From positions 132,532 to 196,531 of the IMG/VR virus record IMGVR_UViG_3300033121_002101: a DNA stretch of 64,000 bases; one strand, written 5' to 3'. This DNA is from a virus. Its lineage: Duplodnaviria; Caudoviricetes. Each line of letters starts with the position of its first letter. Positions within the stretch are counted from its first letter, which is position 1. This document shows positions 9,702 through 19,059 of the stretch, one piece after another. A model generated the notes under the pieces. It had not been told where the DNA came from, searched no databases, and was given only the letters and a program-made list of their open reading frames with translations. The translations under genes and the position numbers were made by a program.

Positions 9702-10123
9702 GTAATTTTTTACCAAAAACAGAAAACGGTGGAGTATACTGCTGCACTAAATGCGGCAGTCTTCAAGTTTCTGAATACGTTATATTAGATTCATTTTGTA
9801 GTGAATGTCATGCATCTAGAGATTCACAGGAACTTGTGACATGCGCAGGTTGTTCTATGCCTGTCGTTTTTGATTTTGACAATGACTATCTAAGATGCAG
9901 AAACATGCATGCTTTTTCAGGCGTTCAACCAGTAATGGGAATGTTTGCAAGAGAGCACCCAAGCGGCAAAGTAGGAAGAGTAGTTGCATTTAGTGAAAAT
10001 GCATGTACTATTGAAATGTTAGAAGATAAAAAAAGAAGAACGTTTAAATATAGCGAAAAAGAATTTGCAGCTGTTTTATACAGATCAGATTCTATATTAC
10101 ATTTTTTTGGAAAAATAGTTTAA
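9698..10123 (+). CDS. hypothetical Cys-rich (Zn-finger-like) protein
   Basis: several CxxC pairs. Confidence 0.6.
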   Translation: MSNFLPKTENGGVYCCTKCGSLQVSEYVILDSFCSECHASRDSQELVTCAGCSMPVVFDFDNDYLRCRNMHAFSGVQPVMGMFAREHPSGKVGRVVAFSENACTIEMLEDKKRRTFKYSEKEFAAVLYRSDSILHFFGKIV

Positions 10124-10132
10124 GGAATTTAT

Positions 10133-10390
10133 ATGGATATATACAACGAGACAGATTACAAGAAAGTCATCAAATCTTTAGAGGCTCTATCTAACAAAGT
10201 ATCTGATGTCACGAGATTAATAGATCGTCCAGATGTAGTTGAGCTATTGGAAGAAACGTGCGATATTTTTAGAGAAGCTATAGAGATATTAAAAGACGAT
10301 GTAGAGCCAGAAGAAGAGTATGATGATGTTGAGCCAGAGGAAGACTTGGCTGATTCTGTAGATATTGATGATGAAGAAGACGACGAATAG
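10133..10390 (+). CDS. hypothetical protein with very acidic tail
   Basis: AGGA RBS; DDVEPEE repeat. Confidence 0.65.
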   Translation: MDIYNETDYKKVIKSLEALSNKVSDVTRLIDRPDVVELLEETCDIFREAIEILKDDVEPEEEYDDVEPEEDLADSVDIDDEEDDE

Positions 10391-10396
10391 CGATAA

Positions 10397-12598
10397 TTGC
10401 AACGACTGCATCATATTTATATGATGACCGATCGTTACATTTTAGAAGCAGAAGGCGATGATTTAGATAATGATGTTCCAGAGTTGCCAAAACCGCAACT
10501 AGCTGCCCATCCAGGGCACGATTTTAAGAAAATTACAAACGTAGGAAGAGGAGGTTCAGAGCTTACAAATGTTGTAGGCGATGGGCCTGTTTCTGTTAGA
10601 GGCCCAGACAAGAGACAGATCGGTAAAGACAGACAAAACGTAGTTGCTGTTTTTAACTTTAGAGATAAAGCTAAAGCGATGACAGTACGCCAAGAGTTAC
10701 TTGATGGCAAGCTTGGCTTAGAAGTTCCAAAAGTTGACGGCCCAAGGCCTGCAAGAATAGATAAAGAAAAGAAATATTCAGATCCTGGAAATCTTTACTA
10801 TCAACTGTCAGCGACTGTATTTGTTCCAGAAGATTCTTCTTCTAATGAACTGATCAGAAAACTTAAATCTAGAAAAGCTTCTGATGTACTTGGTCCGTTT
10901 AAAGAGCCAGGAGCTGCAAGATTTGAACTTACTGTTCAAAAAAGATCTGGTGCAACAGAAACGATGATGTTTAAATCAGAAGAAGAAGCAAACAAAGCGA
11001 AAGAAGATATAGAAAAAGGAATTAGAGACAACCCAATAAAAGGTGTAACAGCAAGAAGAGTTGCTCCAGGTGTAAGCACAATTGCAAATCAAGGCCTCTC
11101 TAGAAACAGATTCTTTTCAGACACAGCTGTTCTTTCTAGAAAACATTATGATATGTTAAAGAAAGATCCAGAAAGAGGCCGTTATGAAATTGCCCGTGAC
11201 ATTGGGTTGACACTTGCTCTGACTGGTGTACCAGGTACAATCGGTGACGAAGCAAGATTAGAAAGAAACATGCTTGTTAAGAAAATTGGCCAAGAGAAAG
11301 CCAATTTGCAGATTAAAAACGCAGAAAGCCAATTAGACGATTACATTAAAAGAGTCAAACAATCTCCAACCACTAGAAGTGGTGCTGATATGGAGAAATT
11401 AAAGCCTCAATTCAAAGGGTCTTTCGAAGGCCAGAGGCATACTGTTAAAGGTCGCTTGCAACATTCAATGCATCGTTATGTTGACCCAAAAACTGGCGAA
11501 TTGAAAAAAGCTAGCCGTTCACGTGAATCAAGATCTCCATACGAATTTATTTGGAGTAATAAGTTTGAAGATTGGTTCACGCCGCTTGAGTATGCTGCGA
11601 AAAGAAGAGGTGATGAGCTTCCTACAAAAAAGAGAGCAGAAGCTGAGCCTGTTAGCTTTGACCCAAGCAAAAATGATAGAAAAAAGGGAATGCCAGGAAA
11701 AGAAACTGGTGTGGGTCCCCGCAGACAAGTTGTTCCGCCAGAAGCAAAAGCATATGTTGAACAGTATTTGAAAGTATTCAATGCCGTTGCAAAGTACTAT
11801 TCAGACAGTCCGCTAACAAATGATTTTGCAGAAGCACTCCAAGGTATTATACGTACAGTTAAAACAAAAGGTTCTCCAACGCGTCAATCTTTAGATAAGT
11901 TAGAAAAAGAAGTTGAGAACATGCGCTCGAAATATGAAAAGAGCGGTGAATCGCTTACCATTACAGGAAAAGAAAAACTGCAGCATGCTATTGCAGTTGG
12001 CAAAAAACTTGTTGCGCAACCACCGCCAGAGTACGATGAATATGATTATGGTGCTCAAGGAGAAGAAGAGCCAGATCAAGATTTCGCAAAAGCAGCATCT
12101 AAAGCTGCAAGACTTGGCATTGCAAAAGGTGGCAATGAACCAAAGTCTAAAGGTCATGATTTTAAAGAACCAAGAATGCCAGGAAGACAACAGGTATTGA
12201 CAGCTCCAGGTTTACCAACAAAAATGGTAGAGCCAGGAAAAGCTCCGCCAGAATATCGCAGTCACAGTAAAGACTGGGCAGATCTTGACAATTTGCTTAG
12301 AGGTGCAGATGATTCAGAGTTCTCTGGAGCAAAAGATTCAGATGCAATGAATGCTCTTAGAAGCAAGATAAATGCTCGCAATACTTCTTCAGATGACCCG
12401 AATGTTGTTGTCAAAAAGCCAGTAAGAAAAGCACCACCTGCTTCCAAGTCATTTACAGTTCACCCTGGGCCAACGCGTAAATCACCCAATGGCAACCATG
12501 ACAAAATTAAAAACGTGTCTCCTGACACTCCGTGGAGGGCGTTAGCAAAATTACAAGGTGATGACCAACTGGACGATCAAGAAGATGATAATCAATAA
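10397..12598 (+). CDS. large charged low-complexity protein, possibly virion-internal
   Basis: 733 aa ORF followed by terminator. Confidence 0.7.
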   Translation: MQRLHHIYMMTDRYILEAEGDDLDNDVPELPKPQLAAHPGHDFKKITNVGRGGSELTNVVGDGPVSVRGPDKRQIGKDRQNVVAVFNFRDKAKAMTVRQELLDGKLGLEVPKVDGPRPARIDKEKKYSDPGNLYYQLSATVFVPEDSSSNELIRKLKSRKASDVLGPFKEPGAARFELTVQKRSGATETMMFKSEEEANKAKEDIEKGIRDNPIKGVTARRVAPGVSTIANQGLSRNRFFSDTAVLSRKHYDMLKKDPERGRYEIARDIGLTLALTGVPGTIGDEARLERNMLVKKIGQEKANLQIKNAESQLDDYIKRVKQSPTTRSGADMEKLKPQFKGSFEGQRHTVKGRLQHSMHRYVDPKTGELKKASRSRESRSPYEFIWSNKFEDWFTPLEYAAKRRGDELPTKKRAEAEPVSFDPSKNDRKKGMPGKETGVGPRRQVVPPEAKAYVEQYLKVFNAVAKYYSDSPLTNDFAEALQGIIRTVKTKGSPTRQSLDKLEKEVENMRSKYEKSGESLTITGKEKLQHAIAVGKKLVAQPPPEYDEYDYGAQGEEEPDQDFAKAASKAARLGIAKGGNEPKSKGHDFKEPRMPGRQQVLTAPGLPTKMVEPGKAPPEYRSHSKDWADLDNLLRGADDSEFSGAKDSDAMNALRSKINARNTSSDDPNVVVKKPVRKAPPASKSFTVHPGPTRKSPNGNHDKIKNVSPDTPWRALAKLQGDDQLDDQEDDNQ

Positions 12599-12643
12599 TG
12601 TTATAAAATAAAACAATGATGATAAATTGTCATTATTGAATTT

Positions 12644-12673
12644 AGAGTGCAACGAATTGATCGTTGCACTTTT
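12644..12673 (+). terminator. Rho-independent terminator
   Basis: AGTGCAACGA-attga-TCGTTGCACT followed by T run. Confidence 0.7.
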
Positions 12674-12760
12674 CATTTTATGGATATAAAATTGTCTTTG
12701 GTTGTATTGCTTATAGCAATAATTGCTGTATTAATTGATCTTTATACAAAGGAATAAGCA

Positions 12761-13804
12761 GTGAGTGATTATCATCCAATCGTTGTTAAACTTAAAAATG
12801 TAAGTCCACATCCAAATGCAGATAGCTTGTTTACAGCAGACGCTGGCGGCTATCCTGTCGTTTTTAAATCTGGTCAGTATGCAGAAGGTGATTTAGTTGC
12901 ATACATTCCAATTGATTCTATCGTACCAGACACAGAAGAGTGGTCTTGGCTTGGCGGGCACAGGAGAATCAAAGCTAAGAAATTGCGCGGAATTTATTCA
13001 ATGGGACTTGTTGTCCCTGTACCAAATGGGCTTTCTGAAGGTGATTCTGTTATGGAAGCGTTAGGCCTTCAGAAGTATGAAGCCGATATAGATGTACGCG
13101 CATTCATGAATACAGATAATGAAAAAGATCCTGGATTCATGCCATGTTATACAGATATTGAAAGTCTCAGAAGGTATAAAAGTGTTCTTTTGCCTTCGGG
13201 TTTTGTACGTGAAGAAATTCAAACAGAATTTGGATATACTAAAAAAGTTTTAATGGCTGAGCTTGGTGCTGTTGGTGAAGAAGTTGTTATAACTGAAAAG
13301 ATCCACGGTGCAAATGCACGTTATTGCTGGAAAGACGGAAGGATGTGGGCTGGTTCAAGATCTTGCATTAAAGCAGAAGCAGAAAACAACATGTGGTGGA
13401 GTGCTGCTGAGAACATCTGTTTGAAAGAAAAGCTTGCAACTGTACCAGATGTAGTTCTTTACGGTGAAGTATTTGGTCAAGTACAGGATTTAAAGTATGG
13501 AAAGAAAGGCTTTCATTTAGCTTTCTTTGATGCGTTCGACATTAAGACCGGTAGATATTTTGATTATGATGATTTTGATAAACTTATCACAGATCTTAAA
13601 CTAACGAAAGCCCCTGTTCTTTATAGAGGACCGTGGAGCATGTCTCTTACAGATCTTGCTGAAGGCACTACTGTGATTGGTGATGGAGCCAATGTGATTG
13701 AAGGTTTTGTTGTAAAGCCTGTCAAAGAAAGATATGATGACGCGCTTGGCAGAGTAATCTTAAAGATGGTTGGGCAAGGTTATACGCTTAGAAAAGGTGG
13801 ATGA
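12761..13804 (+). CDS. RNA ligase, DRB0094 family (N-terminal OB fold + Rnl2-like domain)
   Basis: HPNADSL, YIPIDS, KLRGIYSMG; motif I EKIHGAN, YGEVFG, FDA, EGFVVK. Confidence 0.88.
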   Translation: MSDYHPIVVKLKNVSPHPNADSLFTADAGGYPVVFKSGQYAEGDLVAYIPIDSIVPDTEEWSWLGGHRRIKAKKLRGIYSMGLVVPVPNGLSEGDSVMEALGLQKYEADIDVRAFMNTDNEKDPGFMPCYTDIESLRRYKSVLLPSGFVREEIQTEFGYTKKVLMAELGAVGEEVVITEKIHGANARYCWKDGRMWAGSRSCIKAEAENNMWWSAAENICLKEKLATVPDVVLYGEVFGQVQDLKYGKKGFHLAFFDAFDIKTGRYFDYDDFDKLITDLKLTKAPVLYRGPWSMSLTDLAEGTTVIGDGANVIEGFVVKPVKERYDDALGRVILKMVGQGYTLRKGG

Positions 13805-14217
13805 AAATGGTAGACGATGTTAGTGATTTTGTTTCAAATGTTTTGTTTTTAGATGATTCTGAAGACAGACATGTAATTTTTAGGAACTTGGTAGACAGTA
13901 AAACCAAACTGCATGCTGTATACACAGCAGATGAAGCAATCAGTTGTCTGGACAAAATTCGCTTCTACCAAGTATTTTTAGATCATGACTTGTGTGAAGA
14001 AGATATAATGTGTGTTGTTGGCAAACAGACAAAATACAAAACTGGCATGGCAGTCGTTGACCATCTTCTAACGATGCCAAAAGATAAACTACCGTCGCAA
14101 GTTGTAATTCACTCAATGAATACTCCAGCTGTCATGGAAATGTCTAAGAGATTGGATTCAGCTGGAATTAAAAATGTTAGAATCCCGTTCAGTAGGATGT
14201 TAACGTCAGTGCTGTGA
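13801..14217 (+). CDS. cyclic-phosphate processing receiver domain protein
   Basis: LFLDD, FLDHDL, TGMAVV, VIHSMN; coupled to RNA ligase. Confidence 0.78.
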   Translation: MKMVDDVSDFVSNVLFLDDSEDRHVIFRNLVDSKTKLHAVYTADEAISCLDKIRFYQVFLDHDLCEEDIMCVVGKQTKYKTGMAVVDHLLTMPKDKLPSQVVIHSMNTPAVMEMSKRLDSAGIKNVRIPFSRMLTSVL

Positions 14218-14255
14218 TCTATAATGTATCCAGTATCACAAAATAATTTTGTGAT

Positions 14256-14453
14256 ATGATATACAATATAATGAAGGATGTAATACAATTTGGAAATATA
14301 TTAATCCCACCGAATCCATGGCCAGATAGTGTAATGGATTTACTTGTTGAATGTATAGATAACCAAGCAGAAGGTAATCCGCCAGCTTGGCATATGCTAG
14401 AAATTGCTATGAAAAGTGCAATACAAATGTTCCCAAGGAGTGAATTGTCGTAA
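14256..14453 (+). CDS. hypothetical protein
   Basis: packed ORF. Confidence 0.5.
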   Translation: MIYNIMKDVIQFGNILIPPNPWPDSVMDLLVECIDNQAEGNPPAWHMLEIAMKSAIQMFPRSELS

Positions 14454-14779
14454 TGCCAAATAATTTTCGTTTTTTATGGCCGCCCAAAAAAATACCAAGA
14501 GAAGGCACAATAAAAAGACGTGTTGTTGATAGCTTAATAAAAGCAGCAATTAACAAAAAACCGCTAAAATTCTCAGAACTGAGAATGGTATATCAAAATG
14601 TATTTTCTGAGCGTGCTAAAAAATATAAAGGGCATGATTTTAACATCGGCATATATACAAAAACATTCGGTGTGAAAAAAGGAAAAGAAGGGTGGGTTGC
14701 TTCTTCTTTAACACTTTTCCTCGCAGGCTACGATGATCTTATTGAGGATCGAATCAAACGTGAATTAAATGGTGTATAA
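14453..14779 (+). CDS. hypothetical basic protein
   Basis: TAATG-coupled ORF. Confidence 0.6.
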   Translation: MPNNFRFLWPPKKIPREGTIKRRVVDSLIKAAINKKPLKFSELRMVYQNVFSERAKKYKGHDFNIGIYTKTFGVKKGKEGWVASSLTLFLAGYDDLIEDRIKRELNGV

Positions 14780-15080
14780 TATAAATACGTTGAATTCAAT
14801 AAGCAAAAAAATTGAATCAATAAGAAAACAATTAAATGGCAAAAGAATAATTGATGACTGGCTTTCAATTGAAGATGGAACTTTAATACTTTTTTTAAAA
14901 GTTCATATTGATAAACTTGAAGATGCCAGCTGTATAAGAGAAATTATAAAAACAGATTTTATGGGATTTTTTACCAGTTACTATGTCACAGAGTCAAAAG
15001 GTCGTGGGAGAAAAAAAGCAGATGGTAAATCTCCAGTTACTTCAATGACGATAAGAATTTGTCTCTCAAAGGACTATTGA
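14769..15080 (+). CDS. hypothetical protein
   Basis: packed ORF. Confidence 0.55.
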   Translation: MVYNINTLNSISKKIESIRKQLNGKRIIDDWLSIEDGTLILFLKVHIDKLEDASCIREIIKTDFMGFFTSYYVTESKGRGRKKADGKSPVTSMTIRICLSKDY

Positions 15081-15379
15081 TGCAATCTTCTAATTTTAAG
15101 ATAAATGTAAGAGATAATGGGCTTGTAGAATTTTTGTTAGTAAACCCGATTGCTGCAAATCCAAATATGTCTGTTGACGTATCTGAACTAGCAAGAATAA
15201 CTTGCCTTGTTGAGAAGCAGTTGACTGACTTAGAGATACAAACAAACGCAGCATTGACAAAATCTTTTCGTAAAAAGAGTGACGGCACATTTGAACTCTA
15301 TATGTTAACAGCTGCTGTCCCAGGAACTGTACAGATGAGGCATGGTAAGAAAGGTTGGCCTCCAAGAAAAAAGAAGTAA
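15059..15379 (+). CDS. hypothetical protein
   Basis: ends 4 nt before tRNA-Thr. Confidence 0.55.
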   Translation: MSLKGLLMQSSNFKINVRDNGLVEFLLVNPIAANPNMSVDVSELARITCLVEKQLTDLEIQTNAALTKSFRKKSDGTFELYMLTAAVPGTVQMRHGKKGWPPRKKK

Positions 15380-15382
15380 TAA

Positions 15383-15455
15383 GCCCGTGTAGCTCAGCTG
15401 GTAGAGCACTTGATTTGTAATCATGTGGTCGGGGGTTCAAATCCCTTCACGGGCT
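15383..15455 (+). tRNA. tRNA-Thr(UGU)
   Basis: GCCCGTG/CACGGGC acceptor, loop TT-TGT-AA, GGTTCAAATC. Confidence 0.93.
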
Positions 15456-15462
15456 CGAAAAT

Positions 15463-15549
15463 GGAGAGGTGGCCGAGTGGTTTAAGGCGCTTGTCTTGAA
15501 AACAAGAGGGGTTTAAAAGCCCCCGTGGGTTCGAATCCCACCTTCTCCG
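15463..15549 (+). tRNA. tRNA-Ser(UGA)
   Basis: GGAGAGG acceptor, CT-TGA-AA loop, long V arm, GGTTCGAATC, G73. Confidence 0.95.
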
Positions 15550-15552
15550 CTA

Positions 15553-15625
15553 GTATGTGGTAGCCCAAGTAGAGGCATAAGCCTAAAGCTGAAAAAGTGA
15601 AGGTAGTTAGTCCTTCTCACATACA
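15553..15625 (+). pseudogene. degenerate tRNA-like gene (Leu-UAA-like)
   Basis: GTATGTG/CACATAC acceptor, D arm TAGCCCAA..AGAGGC like the short-arm Leu tRNAs, GAAGG/CCTTC stem without TTC. Confidence 0.55.
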
Positions 15626-15641
15626 GTTTTTTAAATGTTAA

Positions 15642-15733
15642 GGCCCTGTAGTTTAATGCAAAACCGATAGGCTTATACCCTATAACAGCGCCAGATTAGC
15701 GCCAGACTGTTGGTTCAAGTCCAACCGGGGTCA
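15642..15733 (+). tRNA. tRNA-Ile(UAU) with ~25 nt variable region
   Basis: GGCCCTG/CGGGGTC acceptor, ATAGG-CT-TAT-AC-CCTAT, GTTGG-TTCAAGT-CCAAC. Confidence 0.82.
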
Positions 15734-15904
15734 CTATGAATATTATTGAAAATATGATTCAAAATGCTTTGAAAGGCAATAAAAGAACGTATTACAAGTT
15801 ATTAAAGCTTGCAAGTGCGTTTGAAAATATGGGAGACGGTGAATCAATCACTGGAACTTATATTAGAAATGTGCTGTCTGGAAGTAATAATCTGAAAGTA
15901 GACA

Positions 15905-16777
15905 ATGTCAATTAGAAAAATTTTAAATGCTGGCATTCATGTCGATATGCCAAAATGGCTTCCAGATAATCTTTGTTATGAAACAATGATGGGATCTGAA
16001 GCGTATGGCGTTGCATCAAATAATTCAGATATGGATGTCTATGGTGCAGTATTCCCGCCGAAAGAATTAGTTTTTCCACATCTTGCCGGAGAAATTCCGG
16101 GATTTGGAAATCAAATTGAAAGATTCAATCAGTGGCAAAAACCTCACATTGAAGCATTTGGAAAGCAGTGGGATTTTAGCATTTATTCTATTGTAAGATT
16201 CTTTCAACTTGCAATGGAAAACAATCCAAACATGCTTGATGCTTTGTTTACGCCATCAAGATGCGTGCTTTCAACGACACATGCGTGGCAAAACGTTAGA
16301 GACAATAGAAAGATATTTCTTCATAAAGGAAGTTGGCATAAACTAAAGGGTTATGCATATAGTCAACTTGCAAAAATTAAGACTAAAAATGCTGTTGGAA
16401 AGCGTTTAGAATTAATTGAGAAATTTGGCTATGACGTAAAGTTTGCTTATCATGTTGTTAGACTGCTTGATGAAGCAGAACAGATTCTTATTACTCATGA
16501 TTTAGATATTGAAAGAAATAGAGAACAGCTTAAAGCAATTAGAGCTGGTGAATGGACATTGGAGCAAGTTGAGAATTGGTTCTCTTCAAAAGAGAGAGAG
16601 TTGGAAACAGCTTACACTAATTCAACATTGAGGCATTCTGCTGATGAACCAGCAATTAGAAAGCTTCTTATTGATTGTTTAGAGCATCATTATGGAAGCC
16701 TATCTACGATAGTAAACACAGTGAGTGATGAAAGAAGATTGCTATCATCGATAGCAAATATGGTAAAAGGATATTAA
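15905..16777 (+). CDS. pol-beta superfamily nucleotidyltransferase (RlaP/YcgL-like)
   Basis: GSEAYG...SDMDVYG, NPNMLDAL, YDVKFAYHVVRLL, LKAIRAG. Confidence 0.85.
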   Translation: MSIRKILNAGIHVDMPKWLPDNLCYETMMGSEAYGVASNNSDMDVYGAVFPPKELVFPHLAGEIPGFGNQIERFNQWQKPHIEAFGKQWDFSIYSIVRFFQLAMENNPNMLDALFTPSRCVLSTTHAWQNVRDNRKIFLHKGSWHKLKGYAYSQLAKIKTKNAVGKRLELIEKFGYDVKFAYHVVRLLDEAEQILITHDLDIERNREQLKAIRAGEWTLEQVENWFSSKERELETAYTNSTLRHSADEPAIRKLLIDCLEHHYGSLSTIVNTVSDERRLLSSIANMVKGY

Positions 16778-16778
16778 A

Positions 16779-17057
16779 ATGGCAAAAAGAGAACGAGAGT
16801 CAATTTTTCAATTGACTGATTGGAGAGGCAACACAATTGAAAGAGGCACGATTGTGTTATACACAAAGTTGAGTGGGCGCAGTGCTGTAATTGCTGAAGG
16901 CGAAGTTGTAGATATCTTTCAGACAAGATCATCAGAATATTCTAGTTTTGAAAAAAGAATAACAATTAAGCCAATTAGAACACCATATCACAGTGCTCCA
17001 AAATATACTGCAAATTCTATTATTTCAAATATAGAAAATGTGACAGCTGTAAAGTAA
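16779..17057 (+). CDS. hypothetical protein
   Basis: DWRGNTIERG phage-type SH3-like start. Confidence 0.6.
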   Translation: MAKRERESIFQLTDWRGNTIERGTIVLYTKLSGRSAVIAEGEVVDIFQTRSSEYSSFEKRITIKPIRTPYHSAPKYTANSIISNIENVTAVK

Positions 17058-17060
17058 TTT

Positions 17061-17342
17061 ATGCAAAGTACGTTCTGTAAAGATTGCGGATCACCAATGG
17101 TAGAGATGATTCTATCTTGGTATTGTCCAAACGATTGCGATAGAAAAACTGTTGAAAAAGATCTTGTTTTTGGTCATATTGATGCATTTGACGCATTATA
17201 TAATAGATCATACAGTGATGAGTTTGCTGCGAATTTTATTTTGCACACGCATAGTATTGTAAATGATTCTGAACAATATTTTATTGGAACATATAAAGGG
17301 CTTTCTATGTCTATTTATGTGAAATATGAAAGCAAGCATTAA
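17061..17342 (+). CDS. hypothetical Zn-ribbon protein
   Basis: CKDCG...YCPNDC. Confidence 0.55.
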   Translation: MQSTFCKDCGSPMVEMILSWYCPNDCDRKTVEKDLVFGHIDAFDALYNRSYSDEFAANFILHTHSIVNDSEQYFIGTYKGLSMSIYVKYESKH

Positions 17343-17539
17343 AATGCAAAGTGCATTCTGTAAATAATTGTTAAGAATATCTTGTTGAGTTAAAGTTGAA
17401 ATCAAAGTAATCAACGAAAAAATCAACGATGTTTATTACGAACAAAATTATGTGATATTATCATTTCATAACGTTGAGCAGGTTTGCTCAAAAAATAAAA
17501 CGGTTCTTAAAAACAAAGAAAGAAAACAGGAGAAAGAAA

Positions 17540-18076
17540 ATGAGTGAGACGAAGAGTAAGGGTCCTGCACTAGATCACACCAAGGTTGCTGAGGTTCTTT
17601 TGCGTGTTGTTGAAACGCATCCAGATGCACTGAAGACAGAAGAGAAGTCTGGCTTTACTAAGGTTGAGAGTGTAGCGACTGGAAACAAGGTATACGTTCA
17701 GCGTAGGGATGATGTTCGTGAAGTTCATCTTAGCGGCTTTGGCGCTGGTCGCGTCGGTACAGTTGAGCCACCACGCAAGAACGGAAAGGTTCAGGCTTGG
17801 CTTGATGTTAACTCGGCAGATCCGTATGCTGTTCTTGAGGAGGTTCTTGTTGAGCTTGCAACTCAGCAAGCTGCTGACAAGCCTGCTGCTGCTCCAAAGG
17901 CTCCTCGTGAGCCGAAGGCTGATAAGCCAAAGGTTGCTAAGGCAGATGCGACTTCTGATGCAGATCGTGTAAGTCGTATTAAGGCGCGCGTTGCAGCATT
18001 GAATCTTGATGGTGATGCTGCTACAGTTCCTGCTGTTGATGCACCGGCAGATGACGCTGTTGTAGCTGATGCTTGA
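17540..18076 (+). CDS. hypothetical protein, dispersed family A, Ala/Lys/Pro-rich tail
   Basis: AGGAG RBS before ATG 17540; EEKSGFTKV...NKVYVQRRDDVREVHLSGF; own terminator. Confidence 0.8.
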   Translation: MSETKSKGPALDHTKVAEVLLRVVETHPDALKTEEKSGFTKVESVATGNKVYVQRRDDVREVHLSGFGAGRVGTVEPPRKNGKVQAWLDVNSADPYAVLEEVLVELATQQAADKPAAAPKAPREPKADKPKVAKADATSDADRVSRIKARVAALNLDGDAATVPAVDAPADDAVVADA

Positions 18077-18109
18077 TTAAGTTGAGGTAAAAAACTTAAT
18101 TGTCCCTAT

Positions 18110-18151
18110 AAAAAGGGAGAGGGAATTGTTTATGTCCCTCTCCCTTTTTTT
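18110..18151 (+). terminator. Rho-independent terminator (bidirectional form)
   Basis: AAAAA-GGGAGAGGGA...TCCCTCTCCC-TTTTTTT. Confidence 0.9.
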
Positions 18152-18172
18152 GATTTAAGGAGCTTAGAAGAG

Positions 18173-18904
18173 ATGCCTAGATTAGGATTTTTTGGAGATA
18201 CACATGGATATATTGAAGATGCTGAGATAGTTTTAGATTTTTTTAAAGGCTATTATGTAGATGAAGTTATTTCTGTTGGTGATTGGGGTTTTAATCTTGG
18301 CACACAATATAATCTTGTATATGAACTCGATCTGATGTTGTCAGAAAGAGACATGAAAATGAGATTTATTGATGGAAACCATGATAACCATATAGCTTTA
18401 AGAGCATTTGATAAGTGCGAATCGAATGTAGCTGAAAATATTACATACATGCATAGAGGTTCTGTTTTCACTTATGATGATGGAACAACTATTGGTTTTC
18501 TTGGTGGTGCACCATCAATTGATAAAAAATATAGATTGGAAAATAATCTTCACTGGTTCAAAGAAGAAGAAATAACAGATAGTGATGTTAATGAATTTAT
18601 CAGAAATGCAACTGATAAAAAAATTGACATTCTTGTTACTCATGATGCTCCTAGACTTCCACCAACAATCTATCAGATAAAAGACGATGTTACATTTTTC
18701 AATTCATCACAAGCTTCATTGAGTAAAATAAAGCAAATTGTTGATTATGCAAAACCTAAACTTTTAATTCATGGGCATTATCATAGATACTATATTGACA
18801 AAATTAATGATACAATGATTGTTGGGCTTGATCATTGCGGTAAACAAGTTGGCGTTTGTACTTTCATTTACCCACAACATTTTATGGCAGATTTATCAAA
18901 ATGA
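18173..18904 (+). CDS. calcineurin-like metallophosphoesterase
   Basis: GDTHG, VGDWG, DGNHD, GGA.SID, VTHDAP, HGHYH. Confidence 0.9.
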   Translation: MPRLGFFGDTHGYIEDAEIVLDFFKGYYVDEVISVGDWGFNLGTQYNLVYELDLMLSERDMKMRFIDGNHDNHIALRAFDKCESNVAENITYMHRGSVFTYDDGTTIGFLGGAPSIDKKYRLENNLHWFKEEEITDSDVNEFIRNATDKKIDILVTHDAPRLPPTIYQIKDDVTFFNSSQASLSKIKQIVDYAKPKLLIHGHYHRYYIDKINDTMIVGLDHCGKQVGVCTFIYPQHFMADLSK

Positions 18905-19059
18905 GCGACACAGTTTACATCATTTATGTAATTCTCAGTGGATTATTTTTCAATATTCTTGATGGCTATCAAAATCGAAAAGCGCATAACGAATACATCA
19001 AATCAAGATTTGATGAATGATCAAATTAATGTAATTCAGTGATGAATTATTATTATTAA

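Noticed and set aside
15553-15625. Amber suppressor tRNA (CTA in the loop region)
   Set aside because: CTA is not centred in a 7 nt loop with U33, and the T loop is non-canonical
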